NCBI GenBank assembly: GCA_039818205.1 | Contig: JBCBUK010000002.1 | Coordinates: forward strand, 1-64,000 | Reading direction: 5' to 3' | From: Verrucomicrobiota bacterium | Lineage (GTDB): Bacteria > Verrucomicrobiota > Verrucomicrobiia > Opitutales > Cerasicoccaceae | Length of the DNA stretch: 64,000 bases | Part shown: positions 28,472 through 39,020 of the stretch, in pieces | Layout of the letters: the number at the start of each line of letters is the position of its first letter | Position numbering within the stretch: position 1 is the first letter of the stretch | Made by a program: the position numbers and the translations under genes | Notes under the pieces: generated by a model | What the model was told of the DNA's origin: nothing | What the model saw: the letters and a program-made list of their open reading frames with translations, nothing else | Databases searched by the model: none

Positions 28472-29803
28472 ATGAAACTCTCCCGCAGGAACTTTTTGGC
28501 AACGAGTGGTGCCCTGACCTTGGGCTCATTTGCAATCGGCAAACCAGGCCCGTCGGCCAATAGTAAACTAAACCTCGGATTGATCGGGGTGGGCGGCGTT
28601 GCCAAATGGATTCTGCCGTCGCTTGAGCAGCACAACTTCGTGGCCCTGTGTGATGTCGATAATACCAGCGCAGCCCTGGCATACGAGAAGTATTCTGGAG
28701 TTCCCACTTTTAAGGATTTCCGCGTCATGTTCGACAAGATGGGTGACCAGATTGACGCAGTGGTGATTAACACGCCGGACCACATCCATTTTCCGGCGAC
28801 CATGGCGGCAATGGAGCGTGGAATCCATGTCTTTGTGCAGAAGCCAGCGACCCATGACATCTGGCAGTGCCGCACCTTACTTAAGGCGGCCGACAAATAT
28901 GATGTCGTTACTCAGATGGGTAATCAGGGGCACGCGACCGAAGGAATTCGTTTGGCCAAAGAGTGGTATGATGCTGGCGTGCTTGGTGAGGTGAGAGAAG
29001 TTATCGCTTGGACCAACCGACCCTCGTCCGCGCTCCACAATCAGTTGCACATTCATGACTCGCCCAAGGAAGAGGTGCCACCGTCGTTGGATTGGGATCT
29101 CTGGTTGGGGCCGGTGCCATATCATCATTACTCGAAGTATTACGCTCCGGGCCACTGGCGCTGGTATTGGGATTTTGGATCCGGCGCTCTGGGCGATATC
29201 GGTTGCCATACACTGGACACTGCGATCTGGGCGCTCGGTCTGGGTATCCCCAACCGGGTGGATGTTGAATTCGATGGTCAAGGCGATCGACCAAACTCCA
29301 TCGTGACTTACCATTTTCCGGCACGTGGCAGCCAACCACCCGTTCGAGTGAAATGGTATGAGGGCTTAAGTGAGGCACCGGTTGACTACCTGCCGGCTCC
29401 GACGACCAAAGCCGAAAGCGAAGGCGGGTTGATCATGGTTGGTTCCAAGCAGACCTTCTATCACTACGACATGCGACCGAATAGCGTTAAGTTGTTGATG
29501 TCCGACGACGAATGGCGCGAGTTTCGCCGTGCCCTGCCAAAGAAGACGATCCCTCGTGTCAAAGGAGGTATCACCGGCGACTGGGCGAACGGTATTATTA
29601 ATGGCACGACGCCTTGCTCATCGTTTGAAGTCTCTTTGCCATTAACTGAGCTGATCCTGCTCGGTGTTGTGGCTCAGCGCGCAGGCCACTCCATTGAGTG
29701 GGATGAGCAAACCATGACGGTGCCCGGCCACCCAGAACTCGACACGATCGTCAAGCAACCCGTGCGAGCCGGCTGGGGCTACGGTGAGCACCTTTGGGCC
29801 TAA
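28472..29803 (+). CDS. Tat-exported Gfo/Idh/MocA oxidoreductase
   Basis: SRRNFL twin-Arg signal; IGVGG, TPDHIH, VQKP, TQMGNQGH, GDIGCHTLD. Confidence 0.92.
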   Translation: MKLSRRNFLATSGALTLGSFAIGKPGPSANSKLNLGLIGVGGVAKWILPSLEQHNFVALCDVDNTSAALAYEKYSGVPTFKDFRVMFDKMGDQIDAVVINTPDHIHFPATMAAMERGIHVFVQKPATHDIWQCRTLLKAADKYDVVTQMGNQGHATEGIRLAKEWYDAGVLGEVREVIAWTNRPSSALHNQLHIHDSPKEEVPPSLDWDLWLGPVPYHHYSKYYAPGHWRWYWDFGSGALGDIGCHTLDTAIWALGLGIPNRVDVEFDGQGDRPNSIVTYHFPARGSQPPVRVKWYEGLSEAPVDYLPAPTTKAESEGGLIMVGSKQTFYHYDMRPNSVKLLMSDDEWREFRRALPKKTIPRVKGGITGDWANGIINGTTPCSSFEVSLPLTELILLGVVAQRAGHSIEWDEQTMTVPGHPELDTIVKQPVRAGWGYGEHLWA

Positions 29804-29824
29804 GGCTCCGTCGAATTCGTGAGT

Positions 29825-31420
29825 CTAGCTATCGGCGGGCAAAACTGGGTCGTGCTCGGTGTCGTAGTTATCGTAGCGGGGTAAGACTTCCTTCAAGCGG
29901 TCACGCTCGGCCCGGTACTCTGCGGGGACTGTTTCCCAGTCGGTGATTTCGGTAAAGCTAATCAGGTCGTCTGGTGATTGGGAGACATCCCACCATTTGC
30001 CGTTGCCGTCCAGCATGACATTGTCGCCCCGGATAAGTTGCCGATCGTTCTTGTAGGCGTAGACCCAGTCGCGATGCGTGTCTTTATCCGTGGTGAGGTA
30101 GGGCCACAGGCTTTCGCCGTGGATCTCGTAATCATTCGGGATTTCTATGTCCATGATGTCGGCAAGTGTTGGCAACATGTCGGCGAGGGAGACGAGGATG
30201 TCTTGTTCGCCCTGCTTGGAGAGATTCTGTCCAGGCGCATAAATTAAGAATGGGACATGAGTACCTTTCTGGCGATCATGGCTGGCTTTGCCGTAGTTCC
30301 AGGTCCCATTGTCGGCGCAGAAAATCAGGATGGTGTTGTCCTCAATTCCCATTTCCTTGAGTTTCTCAAGGTATAGCCAGACGTGGTAGTCTAGATACTC
30401 AACATGCTTGTGCATCCCTGGACCGGTAACGGTATCGTTGGTTTCATAGGAACCATTGTCTCCCGTGATATTCGGCTCAATCCGGGTGTAGCCTTCGCCG
30501 TCCCATTTGACGACGGGAGTGCCCGGCCACATGTTACCCGTTGTGGGGTGGAGGTAGTCGAATCCATCATGGCCCAGGTGATGGGTGTGGTAGATGAAGA
30601 ACGGCTTCCCCTCCGCGTGCTTGCGGTCCATAAACTCAAAAATGAAATCCATTTCGACATCAGGGCCGTAGGTATTCGTGCCAAACGTTTCCTTGGATTC
30701 CGGTGTGTTCGGCCACCATTCGATCGGTTCCTGATTGCTTGGGTGGTTCATCAGGGCAACCGAGGGCTTCCAATACCAGCTGCCTTGTGCGTAGAAGTCG
30801 ACTTCGTCGCCTGTGTCCAGATTGGTTTGGGTCTTCTTGCCTTTGTTTTGAACAAGCTGAAAGTCGGTGTGTGGGTTTTTGCCGAAGATGTAAGAGCCTG
30901 GCGTAAAGCAACCTTCATCAAATCCAAAGAGCTGGTAATCGCAGTGCTTCATCTGGGTCTTGCCGGACCACTGGGTCGCGTAGCCAGCTTGCTGGGCTAG
31001 GTGACCAATTTGAAATGGCGAAGTGAGATACAGTGCTGCGACCTTGGGCCATTTCGTACCGTCATCAATTCTGCCATAGTCGCCATTGTGCCACCATTTG
31101 TGTAAACTGGCATGGCGTCCAGTCATCATCATCGCGCGGCTCGGGGAGCAAACGGTGGCCGCCCAAGTAGTGGTTACCCACGCGCCTTCATCAGCGAGGC
31201 GATCAAATACCGGTGTCGTTGCAAGGAAGCTTGGGTCCTGGCTATCTTTGCCATCGGGGTTTGTCCATTTGGATGAGCCGTAAAAGGGCAGCTCGCGGGC
31301 GCTGATGTCGTCGGCAAAGATCAGGATAACGTTCGGTTTCTCATCTGCATGAGCGACGCTGGTTAAAGCAGTCGCGGCAATGAGTGCTATTGGGAGGAGG
31401 CGATTCAACGGAGGTTTCAT
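29825..31420 (-). CDS. Secreted sulfatase (S1 family)
   Basis: Signal peptide; [27 protein letters not shown]. Confidence 0.9.
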   Translation of the reverse strand: MKPPLNRLLPIALIAATALTSVAHADEKPNVILIFADDISARELPFYGSSKWTNPDGKDSQDPSFLATTPVFDRLADEGAWVTTTWAATVCSPSRAMMMTGRHASLHKWWHNGDYGRIDDGTKWPKVAALYLTSPFQIGHLAQQAGYATQWSGKTQMKHCDYQLFGFDEGCFTPGSYIFGKNPHTDFQLVQNKGKKTQTNLDTGDEVDFYAQGSWYWKPSVALMNHPSNQEPIEWWPNTPESKETFGTNTYGPDVEMDFIFEFMDRKHAEGKPFFIYHTHHLGHDGFDYLHPTTGNMWPGTPVVKWDGEGYTRIEPNITGDNGSYETNDTVTGPGMHKHVEYLDYHVWLYLEKLKEMGIEDNTILIFCADNGTWNYGKASHDRQKGTHVPFLIYAPGQNLSKQGEQDILVSLADMLPTLADIMDIEIPNDYEIHGESLWPYLTTDKDTHRDWVYAYKNDRQLIRGDNVMLDGNGKWWDVSQSPDDLISFTEITDWETVPAEYRAERDRLKEVLPRYDNYDTEHDPVLPADS

Positions 31421-31586
31421 GCGATAAATTAGGTTGGTCAGTTAGGGGAAGGCGCGAATGTCCTAATTGCCCAATGATAGAGTAGCGAAATTCTCCAACT
31501 ATTCCCAGGAGTCTGGCAACCCTGATTATCACTAGGATTGCTTAGGGGGCGGTATCTTTTGGATAGATTGTTGGTCATTCATTCAC

Positions 31587-31595
31587 TGGTATAAT
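31587..31595 (+). promoter_or_regulatory. Extended -10 promoter element
   Basis: TG-G-TATAAT about 80 bp upstream of 31675. Confidence 0.45.
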
Positions 31596-31674
31596 GATCG
31601 AAGTTTAAAAACTAAACAAAAAATACCGGTTCCATTTTGGAGCCGTTGCGATCCCTCAACCGTTTTCACTCGTT

Positions 31675-33075
31675 ATGGCTCAATTTACCCGACGCGATTT
31701 TGTAAAGGCTTCCGCTGCTTTTGGCGCTCTATCTGTCCTCCCTTCCTACGTTGCTCTGGGCAAGCAATCGACGACGGGCGTTGCACCGAGTGAGCGCGTA
31801 AACGTAGCGTTTATTGCGAGTGGTGGAAAAGGTTCCCGCAATTTGAAAGCCTTTGCGAGCACGGGGCTGCTGAACGTGGTTGCCCTGTGTGATGTCGACC
31901 TCAATAGCAAGACGGCGAAGGAGTCGGCAGCCGCGCACCCTGCTGCGAAGCAATACACCGATTTTCGCAAGATGTTCGATGAGCAGGCGGATGAAATTGA
32001 TGCGGTTGTCGTGTCGACGCCGGACCACTCGCACTTTGCGGCGACAATGCACGCGATGATGCTCGGTAAGCATGTTTGGTGTGAGAAGCCGTTGGCTCAC
32101 ACGTTCGAGCAATGTGAGTTGCTCATGAAGAAGGCGGACGAAACAGGAGTCGTTACCCAGATGGGTAATCAGGGGCACTCGTCGGCAAACCTAACTCAAT
32201 TTCAAGCGTGGACGAAGGCCGGCGTAATTAAAGACGTTACACGAATTACCGCTTACATGAACAAGTGGCGTCGCTGGCATGGTTGGGGCCCGTCGACAAC
32301 TGCTTATCCACAAGAACCATTGCCTGATGGTCTCGACTGGGAAGCGTGGACGGCGACTGCACCCGAGCATCCTTACAGTAAGAAGCTTCATCCGGGCAAT
32401 TGGCGTAGTTGGTATGACTATGGCAGCGGTTGCTTTGGTGACTGGGGGCCACACATCCTCGATACGGCTCACCGTTGCTTGAAGTTGGGCTATCCAACCA
32501 AGATCTCTGCGCTTAAGCGGGAGGGTGCGAATCAGTATGTTTTTCCGGAGGCTACAACGATTCGATTTGATTTCGCGGCGCGTGACGGAATGCCTGCCTG
32601 TGAAGTCACATGGTACGATGGCCAAGAAAACATTCCAGTAGTCGACTCAAAATATGGAACCTTGAATAAAGCGACGGGTAAGCGAGATCCTTTTGAGATT
32701 AAAGCGGACCAACCGGGCAAGATTATCTACGGTAAGGATCTAACGTTTCAGGGTGGATCGCACGGTTCCGTTCTGACGGTCATTCCTCGCGATAAGTTTA
32801 TGGACATCCGCAGATCATTGCCTCGCTTCGAGTCCAAGATCTCCAACCATTGGGAGAATTTCCTGCTCGCGTGTAAGGGGGAAGAGAATAGCCGTTCGCC
32901 GTTTGAAGTTAGCGCACCGCTTTCGCAAGTATTTTGCTTGGGCGTACTCGCGCAGCGTTTCGGTGGTGAGCTCGAGTTCGATTCAAAGACAAAGCAAATT
33001 ACCAACCACTCCTTGGCCAATTCATTGTTGGCGCCCGCGCCGCGCTTGGGATGGGACGAATACTATCGAGTCTAA
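31675..33075 (+). CDS. Tat-exported Gfo/Idh/MocA oxidoreductase
   Basis: TRRDFVK; STPDHSH, CEKPL, TQMGNQGH, GDWGPHILD. Confidence 0.92.
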   Translation: MAQFTRRDFVKASAAFGALSVLPSYVALGKQSTTGVAPSERVNVAFIASGGKGSRNLKAFASTGLLNVVALCDVDLNSKTAKESAAAHPAAKQYTDFRKMFDEQADEIDAVVVSTPDHSHFAATMHAMMLGKHVWCEKPLAHTFEQCELLMKKADETGVVTQMGNQGHSSANLTQFQAWTKAGVIKDVTRITAYMNKWRRWHGWGPSTTAYPQEPLPDGLDWEAWTATAPEHPYSKKLHPGNWRSWYDYGSGCFGDWGPHILDTAHRCLKLGYPTKISALKREGANQYVFPEATTIRFDFAARDGMPACEVTWYDGQENIPVVDSKYGTLNKATGKRDPFEIKADQPGKIIYGKDLTFQGGSHGSVLTVIPRDKFMDIRRSLPRFESKISNHWENFLLACKGEENSRSPFEVSAPLSQVFCLGVLAQRFGGELEFDSKTKQITNHSLANSLLAPAPRLGWDEYYRV

Positions 33076-33136
33076 CGACGTGCAAAGTGTATTTGTGTAG
33101 CCAACGCGCTGATTTCATGCGATTGCATCGTCGCTT

Positions 33137-33826
33137 ATGAAGACAGTGTTTATCACCGGTGCGAATCGTGGCATCGGTTTTGGTTTTGTTCGGCAATACC
33201 TAAGTGATGGCTGGCTGGTGATTGCTGCCATTCGAAACCCCAAAAGTGCGACGGTGTTTGATGAACTGCCTTCGGTAGATCGTGAGCGGTTGACTACGGT
33301 GGCCGTTGATGTCGGTGACGAGGCGAGCATCGATCGGTTGCCGGAAGCGTTGTCCGGAGTTCGATTGGATTGTGTCATCAATAACGCCGCCATCTCCATT
33401 GATGAAAATCTAGGAGAGTGGACGGGTGATGCGCTTGCTGAGAACTTTCGTGTCAATACGATCGGTCCGGCGTTGATCGCTCAAGCACTCGTGCCGCAAT
33501 TGAATCCTGGCGCTAAGCTTATCAATATGTCGTCCGGCATGGGTTCTTGTGAGTACAATCTTCATCCCCTAACCAACCTGGATGCCTATACGATGACGAA
33601 GGCGGCGGTAAATATCCTGTCTCGACGCCTGGCCGAAAAATTGCGGGACAAAGAAGTCGCCGTGGCGGCGCTAAGTCCGGGCTGGGTGCAAACGGACATG
33701 GGTGGGCCCGGTGCGACGATGACCGTCGAAGACGCAGTGGCTACAATGGTTCGCGTGATCGATCAGCTAACGCTCGAGCAGTCCGGTAGCTTCCTGTCGG
33801 AGACGGGCGAGCCACTCGCATGGTAG
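33137..33826 (+). CDS. Short-chain dehydrogenase (CsgA/C-factor-like SDR)
   Basis: TGANRGIG, NNAA, YTMTK, PGWVQTDMGG. Confidence 0.92.
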   Translation: MKTVFITGANRGIGFGFVRQYLSDGWLVIAAIRNPKSATVFDELPSVDRERLTTVAVDVGDEASIDRLPEALSGVRLDCVINNAAISIDENLGEWTGDALAENFRVNTIGPALIAQALVPQLNPGAKLINMSSGMGSCEYNLHPLTNLDAYTMTKAAVNILSRRLAEKLRDKEVAVAALSPGWVQTDMGGPGATMTVEDAVATMVRVIDQLTLEQSGSFLSETGEPLAW

Positions 33827-34180
33827 GTGCTTGCTAGCGTCATTATTTGTATTATTTGGGTTTATCCGCTCATTGGGTCGGTGGGTCTCTTTCGATTGAT
33901 CAGGTACTCCTAAATCAGTTCGTTTTTCCGATAGGGCCAAAGGGCCTCATGCTGTTTGGGGTCAAAAAGAGCATCTGGGTGTTTGACCAAAGTTTACATG
34001 TATATTGTAAAGATGCCCGTGCTTCAGTTACTTGATTGTGATCTGAGGCACCTAATCCCCGCTTGCCCGCCTCCTACCCACATCATCTCCCCCTCTCTCC
34101 CTTACCCCCAATGGCTATATCACCAATAGGCATCACGTGTGTGGTAGATTGCTGGCACGGCGATCAACCAAAATACGATA

Positions 34181-37100
34181 ATGAATCAGATATCCCTACG
34201 TGTGTTGTCATTTTTGGCAATATCCAGTCTGCTCCTGGTGAAGAGCGGGCTTTCCCAAACCGTCAATGTTTTAGGTGAAAAAACCATATGGCATAAGATA
34301 ACGCTACAGCTGGTTGGCCCCAGTTCGAATGAAGGAGCGAGTCCGAATCCGTTCACGAATCGTCGGATGGACGTTACCTTTACGCATCCTGCCTCCAATA
34401 CTCAATTTGTCGTTCCTGGTTTCTTTGCGGCCGATGGCAATGCTGCAAATACCGGCGCGACCGCAGGTAATAAATGGCATTGCTACTTCCGCCCGAACAA
34501 GTCTGGGACTTGGAACTACAGCATCTCGTTTCGTCAAGGGACGAACGTGGCGATGAGTACCGCGAATAATCCGGGCTCGCCACTTAGTCCCTACAACGGT
34601 GTCTCCGGTTCGTTTACGGTCTCAGGCAACAATAACAAAACCGCGCCGGACCTCCGCGCTAAGGGCCGGCTTCAATATGTGGGCAAGCACCACTTGCAGT
34701 TCGAAGGAAACGGTGAGTACTTCCTGAAATTCGGACCGGATTCGCCGGAGAACTTCCTGGCATTTAATGAGTTCGACAACACTCCATCCGCGGGAAACAA
34801 GGGTATTCGCCACACGTTTGCCGCGCACGCGCAGCACTATCAAAACGATGGCCAGACATGGAAAAATGGACTGGGTAAGAACATCCTGGGAGCGATCAAT
34901 TACCTCGCTAGCCAGGAAGTGAATTCGATCTCGATGCTTCTCTATAATGTCAACGGCGATGGCGACCGCGTGTTCCCCTACACCACGAAGACCCAGAAGC
35001 TCCGCTTTGACTGTTCGAAGCTCGACCAGTGGGAGATCGTTTTGGATCACGCCGAGAAGAAAGGCCTCTACCTGCATTTCAAGCTCTCAGAGACCGAGAA
35101 TGATCAAGACCACGATGGCGGCAACTTAGGTAACCAGCGCAAGCTTTACTACCGCGAAATGATTGCACGCTTTGGGCACCACCTGGCGCTCAACTGGAAT
35201 ATTGCCGAGGAGATGTCGCTGACGACCGCACAACAAACCGCCGCGCTCCAATATTTCGAGGCAAACGATCCCTGGCAAAGCAATCGGGTTTTCCACACCG
35301 CTCCTGCGTTCGACAAAAGTTTCTGGTATGACCCGCACCTGGGTGACTCATATATGAACGGTGTTTCGCTTCAGACGCCGGAAGCCACGACTACTCAAAA
35401 CGTTTTCAATGAAACGAAGCTTTGGGTGAACCGTTCGGCGAACAACGGGCAGCCGTGGATCGTTGCCTGTGATGAGCAGGGCCCCGGCAATCTTGGTGTC
35501 AATGCCAGCTTCCCGAACAGCCGCAAAAACGTTCTGTGGGGCAATATCATGGCCGGCGGTGCTGGCGTGGAATACTACTCCGGTGGTTCTGACCTCAGCT
35601 TGGATGACTACGCTCACTTCGAGGACCTCCTGCGCTGGTCTCGAATTGCCATCAACGACTTCTTCTACGCCCAGAACATTCCGTTCTGGAACATGGGTAA
35701 CAACAACTCACTCACCAGCAATAGCCAGGCGCACTGCTTGACCAATGGTAGCAATGCCTATGTCATTTACCTGCGTAACGGTGGTACGACAAACCTGAAC
35801 CTTGCTGGTAACTCCGGCACGTTCACCGTGAAGTGGTTTGACCCCCGCAACGGAGGTGCCCTGAAGAATGGTTCCGTTACCTCAATCCAAGGGGGCGGCA
35901 ACCGCGCGTTGGGCACGGCTCCCGGAGCAACCGGTAGTGATTGGGCAATCCTCGTTCGCAAGCAAACCAGCACGACACCACCAGCGGGTCTCGCCTGGGA
36001 CGACGCGAGCAACTATCAGAACCAGTTTTTTGTCGCCGGTAGCAATCTATCAGTTACGGTTGATTACAGCGCTGGGGTGGGTAACACCGTTAACAGCAAC
36101 GGAATCAAATTCTGGTTGCGGGAACTCCGCTCGGACTGGAGCGTCGTCGGTGACTTAACGGTAACTAACACCAGCGTTGCTAACACCGTCTTCGGAACGG
36201 CCACGGGGAACCTCGCTTTGCCCTCCAGCTTGACGCCAACGGCCAACCTTCCTGCGGGCAACTTCTACTTTCTGTTCGTTAGCTTTGTTGATGACAGCGG
36301 AACGAATCGTAGCATCGGTATTCAACCGGTAGTTATCACGTCAAATAGTGGTCCTGTGCCGCCGGCCGGTGTTGCTTTGGACAATGCCGACAACTACCGA
36401 AACCAAACGTTTGACGCCGGCAGCGACCTGACGGTAACCGTCGACTACAGTGCTGGTCCGGGGAACACGGTTGATGGCAACGGTATCAAGTTTTGGCTTC
36501 GCCATCTGCGCTCCGATTGGAGCGTGGTCAGTGACTTGACCGCCTTTGACACCAGTGCTGCAAACACGGTTTCGGGCACCTCGACAACCGCAATTGCGCT
36601 GCCAGCCAATCTTACATCATCGGCAAACCTGCCGGCGGGTGATTTCTACTTCTTGTTCGTTAGCTTTGTTAACGATCAAGGTGTCGCTCAAAGCACCGGC
36701 ACCCAACCAATTCTAATTGGCTCCGGTGGAGGCGGAAATCCACAAACGGTCACGATTGCGCCCAGCGATGATGCCTTCATCCAGAATGGCTCGGCCTTAA
36801 ACAATAGCCAGTTGCGTGTGCAGCCGACGACTCGGACGAGCTACCTCAAGTTCGATGTGTCTGGGGTTAGCGGAACGGTCATCGAAGCAAAGCTGGTTTT
36901 GAATGTCGCTGCGGATGCCGGCAATGGTACCTTGCGCGTTTATCAGGCTTCGAGCAACAGTTGGACCGAGACCAGCCTATCGGCGGCAAATGCGCCGGGG
37001 CAGGGCGCCCAGCTCGGTAACGTGTCAGGTTCCTTCCCCCTCGGTAGTGATGTTGAAATTGATCTAGGAACCGGCATCTCCAACGGTGTCCTATCCCTGG

Positions 37101-37192
37101 TTGTTACCATGGACGGAGGCAGCAACGATGTCTGGTTCTCTTCCAAGGAAGGTGCGATCGATCCGAAGCTAGAGATTACCTACCAGCCCTAG
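34181..37192 (+). CDS. Secreted DUF5060 putative glycoside hydrolase with collagen-binding-like domain, two unnamed ~120-aa modules and a C-terminal DNRLRE/CBM96-like domain
   Basis: WHKITL..VPGFFAADG (DUF5060), WNIAEE and CDEQG, VKWFDPRNGG, DDAFIQ..SYLKFDVS..SKEG..PKLEI. Confidence 0.8.
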   Translation: MNQISLRVLSFLAISSLLLVKSGLSQTVNVLGEKTIWHKITLQLVGPSSNEGASPNPFTNRRMDVTFTHPASNTQFVVPGFFAADGNAANTGATAGNKWHCYFRPNKSGTWNYSISFRQGTNVAMSTANNPGSPLSPYNGVSGSFTVSGNNNKTAPDLRAKGRLQYVGKHHLQFEGNGEYFLKFGPDSPENFLAFNEFDNTPSAGNKGIRHTFAAHAQHYQNDGQTWKNGLGKNILGAINYLASQEVNSISMLLYNVNGDGDRVFPYTTKTQKLRFDCSKLDQWEIVLDHAEKKGLYLHFKLSETENDQDHDGGNLGNQRKLYYREMIARFGHHLALNWNIAEEMSLTTAQQTAALQYFEANDPWQSNRVFHTAPAFDKSFWYDPHLGDSYMNGVSLQTPEATTTQNVFNETKLWVNRSANNGQPWIVACDEQGPGNLGVNASFPNSRKNVLWGNIMAGGAGVEYYSGGSDLSLDDYAHFEDLLRWSRIAINDFFYAQNIPFWNMGNNNSLTSNSQAHCLTNGSNAYVIYLRNGGTTNLNLAGNSGTFTVKWFDPRNGGALKNGSVTSIQGGGNRALGTAPGATGSDWAILVRKQTSTTPPAGLAWDDASNYQNQFFVAGSNLSVTVDYSAGVGNTVNSNGIKFWLRELRSDWSVVGDLTVTNTSVANTVFGTATGNLALPSSLTPTANLPAGNFYFLFVSFVDDSGTNRSIGIQPVVITSNSGPVPPAGVALDNADNYRNQTFDAGSDLTVTVDYSAGPGNTVDGNGIKFWLRHLRSDWSVVSDLTAFDTSAANTVSGTSTTAIALPANLTSSANLPAGDFYFLFVSFVNDQGVAQSTGTQPILIGSGGGGNPQTVTIAPSDDAFIQNGSALNNSQLRVQPTTRTSYLKFDVSGVSGTVIEAKLVLNVAADAGNGTLRVYQASSNSWTETSLSAANAPGQGAQLGNVSGSFPLGSDVEIDLGTGISNGVLSLVVTMDGGSNDVWFSSKEGAIDPKLEITYQP

Positions 37193-39020
37193 CTTCTTCT
37201 GCTTCTAAGCTTTGTCAGCAGGCACTTCGGTGTAACGAGGTGCCTGCGTGACTTTCCTGTGCCCCTTAACAGGAATTCTCCCAAAAAATCAAAAAACAAT
37301 ACGAATGAAAAACTCGCTTATTACTCTACTGATTCTTTGCTTCGTTGCGTGCGTAACGGCGAATGCTCAGAATTTTATCGAACAAAACGGCCTCGTCGTG
37401 ATGGAGGCCGAAAGTGCGGATCTCCCCGCGAAATGGGTCAAGAAGACAACTGTTCCCGCCGGGGATCCTGATAAGATTGCCGGATTTACCGGTGATGGAT
37501 ACATTGAATGGACTGGTGGTTTTAACGGTGGTTTGGTCCGCTTACCGTCCGAAGGCGTGGGCGTCATCAAATATACCTTCACCATATCGACGCCAGGTGT
37601 TTACAGCTTCCGGTGGCGAACTAAGCAGAAGGACGCTGGACAAAGTTCCGATGCCGGTAACGACACCTACGTCCGTTGGGCGAGTGGGACGCCAGCTGGC
37701 TCGCATGATTGGACCAACTTTACCAAGGTATGGATCCAGAGTAAAACGGACTGGGTGCTCAACGTGAACGCGGAACCGCACCATGGTCAGCACATTCGGA
37801 ATGATTTTAAACGTCAGCTCAACGCCGGAACGCACAGCATTGAAATCGCGGCGCGTTCGGCAGGGCATGTTATCGACCGATTGATCGTTCACCACAGCAG
37901 TGTTCCCTACAACGCAAACCAGTTTGCAACCGCACCTGAATCACCGCGGGGCAATGCAGGCCCGGTCGATAGCGTCAGTTGCGCGAGCTATCCGACCAGC
38001 ATGCCGTCACAATCGTCGTACACCGTAGATGTGCCCTACACGGCATCACAACAGCGTGAGCTGATTGCGACTTTGTATAAGGGCGGAGTTTGGCAAGCAG
38101 CGAAGCAGATCAACGTGCCCGCTGGTAGCTCGACGGCCTCGGTTACGGTGAATCTGCCAGCGCCCGCGCTTCCAGGTTCGGACTATGAGTGGCGCGCTGC
38201 CATCCGACCACTTGGAACGGACTGGACTCAGAATCTTGACTTCTGCACCCAGCCAAATGTGGCGATTGTATCGAATGTGCCCGCCGCTGGCGTCGCGTTT
38301 GATGACGAGAGCAACTATCTGAATCAGTCTTTCGAAGTTGGTGGAACCCTACCCGTTACCGTCGACTACAGCGCGGGTTCCGCCAATACTGTGAATGGTG
38401 ATGGCGTCAAGTTTTGGCTTCGGCATTTGCGTTCAGATTGGAGCGTGGTGCGCGACGTCATCGTTTTTGATGCTGCTGCGGCCAACAGTGTATCGGGAAC
38501 GGCTTCCGCAAGCCTCTCATTGACTGCAGATCTCATCCCAACGGCCAGTCTACCCGCCGGAGATTTCTACTTCCTTTACGTATCGTTTATCGATGACCAA
38601 GGAAATAGCCGCAGTATCGGGACGCAACCTGTCGTGATTTCCGCTGCTGGCGGGCCGGCCCCGGCGGCTGGAATAAGTTTCGACGACGAAAGCAACTATC
38701 AGAACCAATCCTTTGAAGCAGGTGGTTCTTTGCCTATCTCCGTCGACTATAGCGCGGGTGAGCGCAATACGGTTGGTGCGGACGGCATAAAGTTCTGGTT
38801 GCGCCACCTGCGGTCAGATTGGAGCCTTGTGCGTGACGTGACGCTGGACGAGAGCAGTGCCGCCAATACGGTTTCGGGATCTTTGTCGGTCGAACTCTCC
38901 TTGCCGGCAGACCTGATCTCCACCACGAACCTCCCGGCGGGTGATTTCTATTTCCTCTGGGTCAGCTTCTTGGATGATCAGGGGAACAATCAAAATATTG
39001 GTACTCAACCGATCATTATC
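35987..39020 (+). repeat. Four copies of an unnamed ~120-aa module (about 35987-36340, 36368-36718, 38289-38640, 38670-39020)
   Basis: Shared DD.SNY.NQ.F..G..L.V.VDYSAG..NTV...G.KFWLR.LRSDWS.V.D and LPAG.FYFL.VSF motifs across two adjacent genes. Confidence 0.9.
37218..37247 (+). terminator. Stem-loop after the DUF5060 gene (weak U-tract)
   Basis: GCAGGCACTTCG-GTGTAA-CGAGGTGCCTGC. Confidence 0.55.

Noticed and set aside
24645..39020. Repeats as CRISPR or mobile-element repeats
   Set aside because: They are in-frame protein domain repeats with synonymous divergence and no repeat-spacer structure. No cas genes are present.
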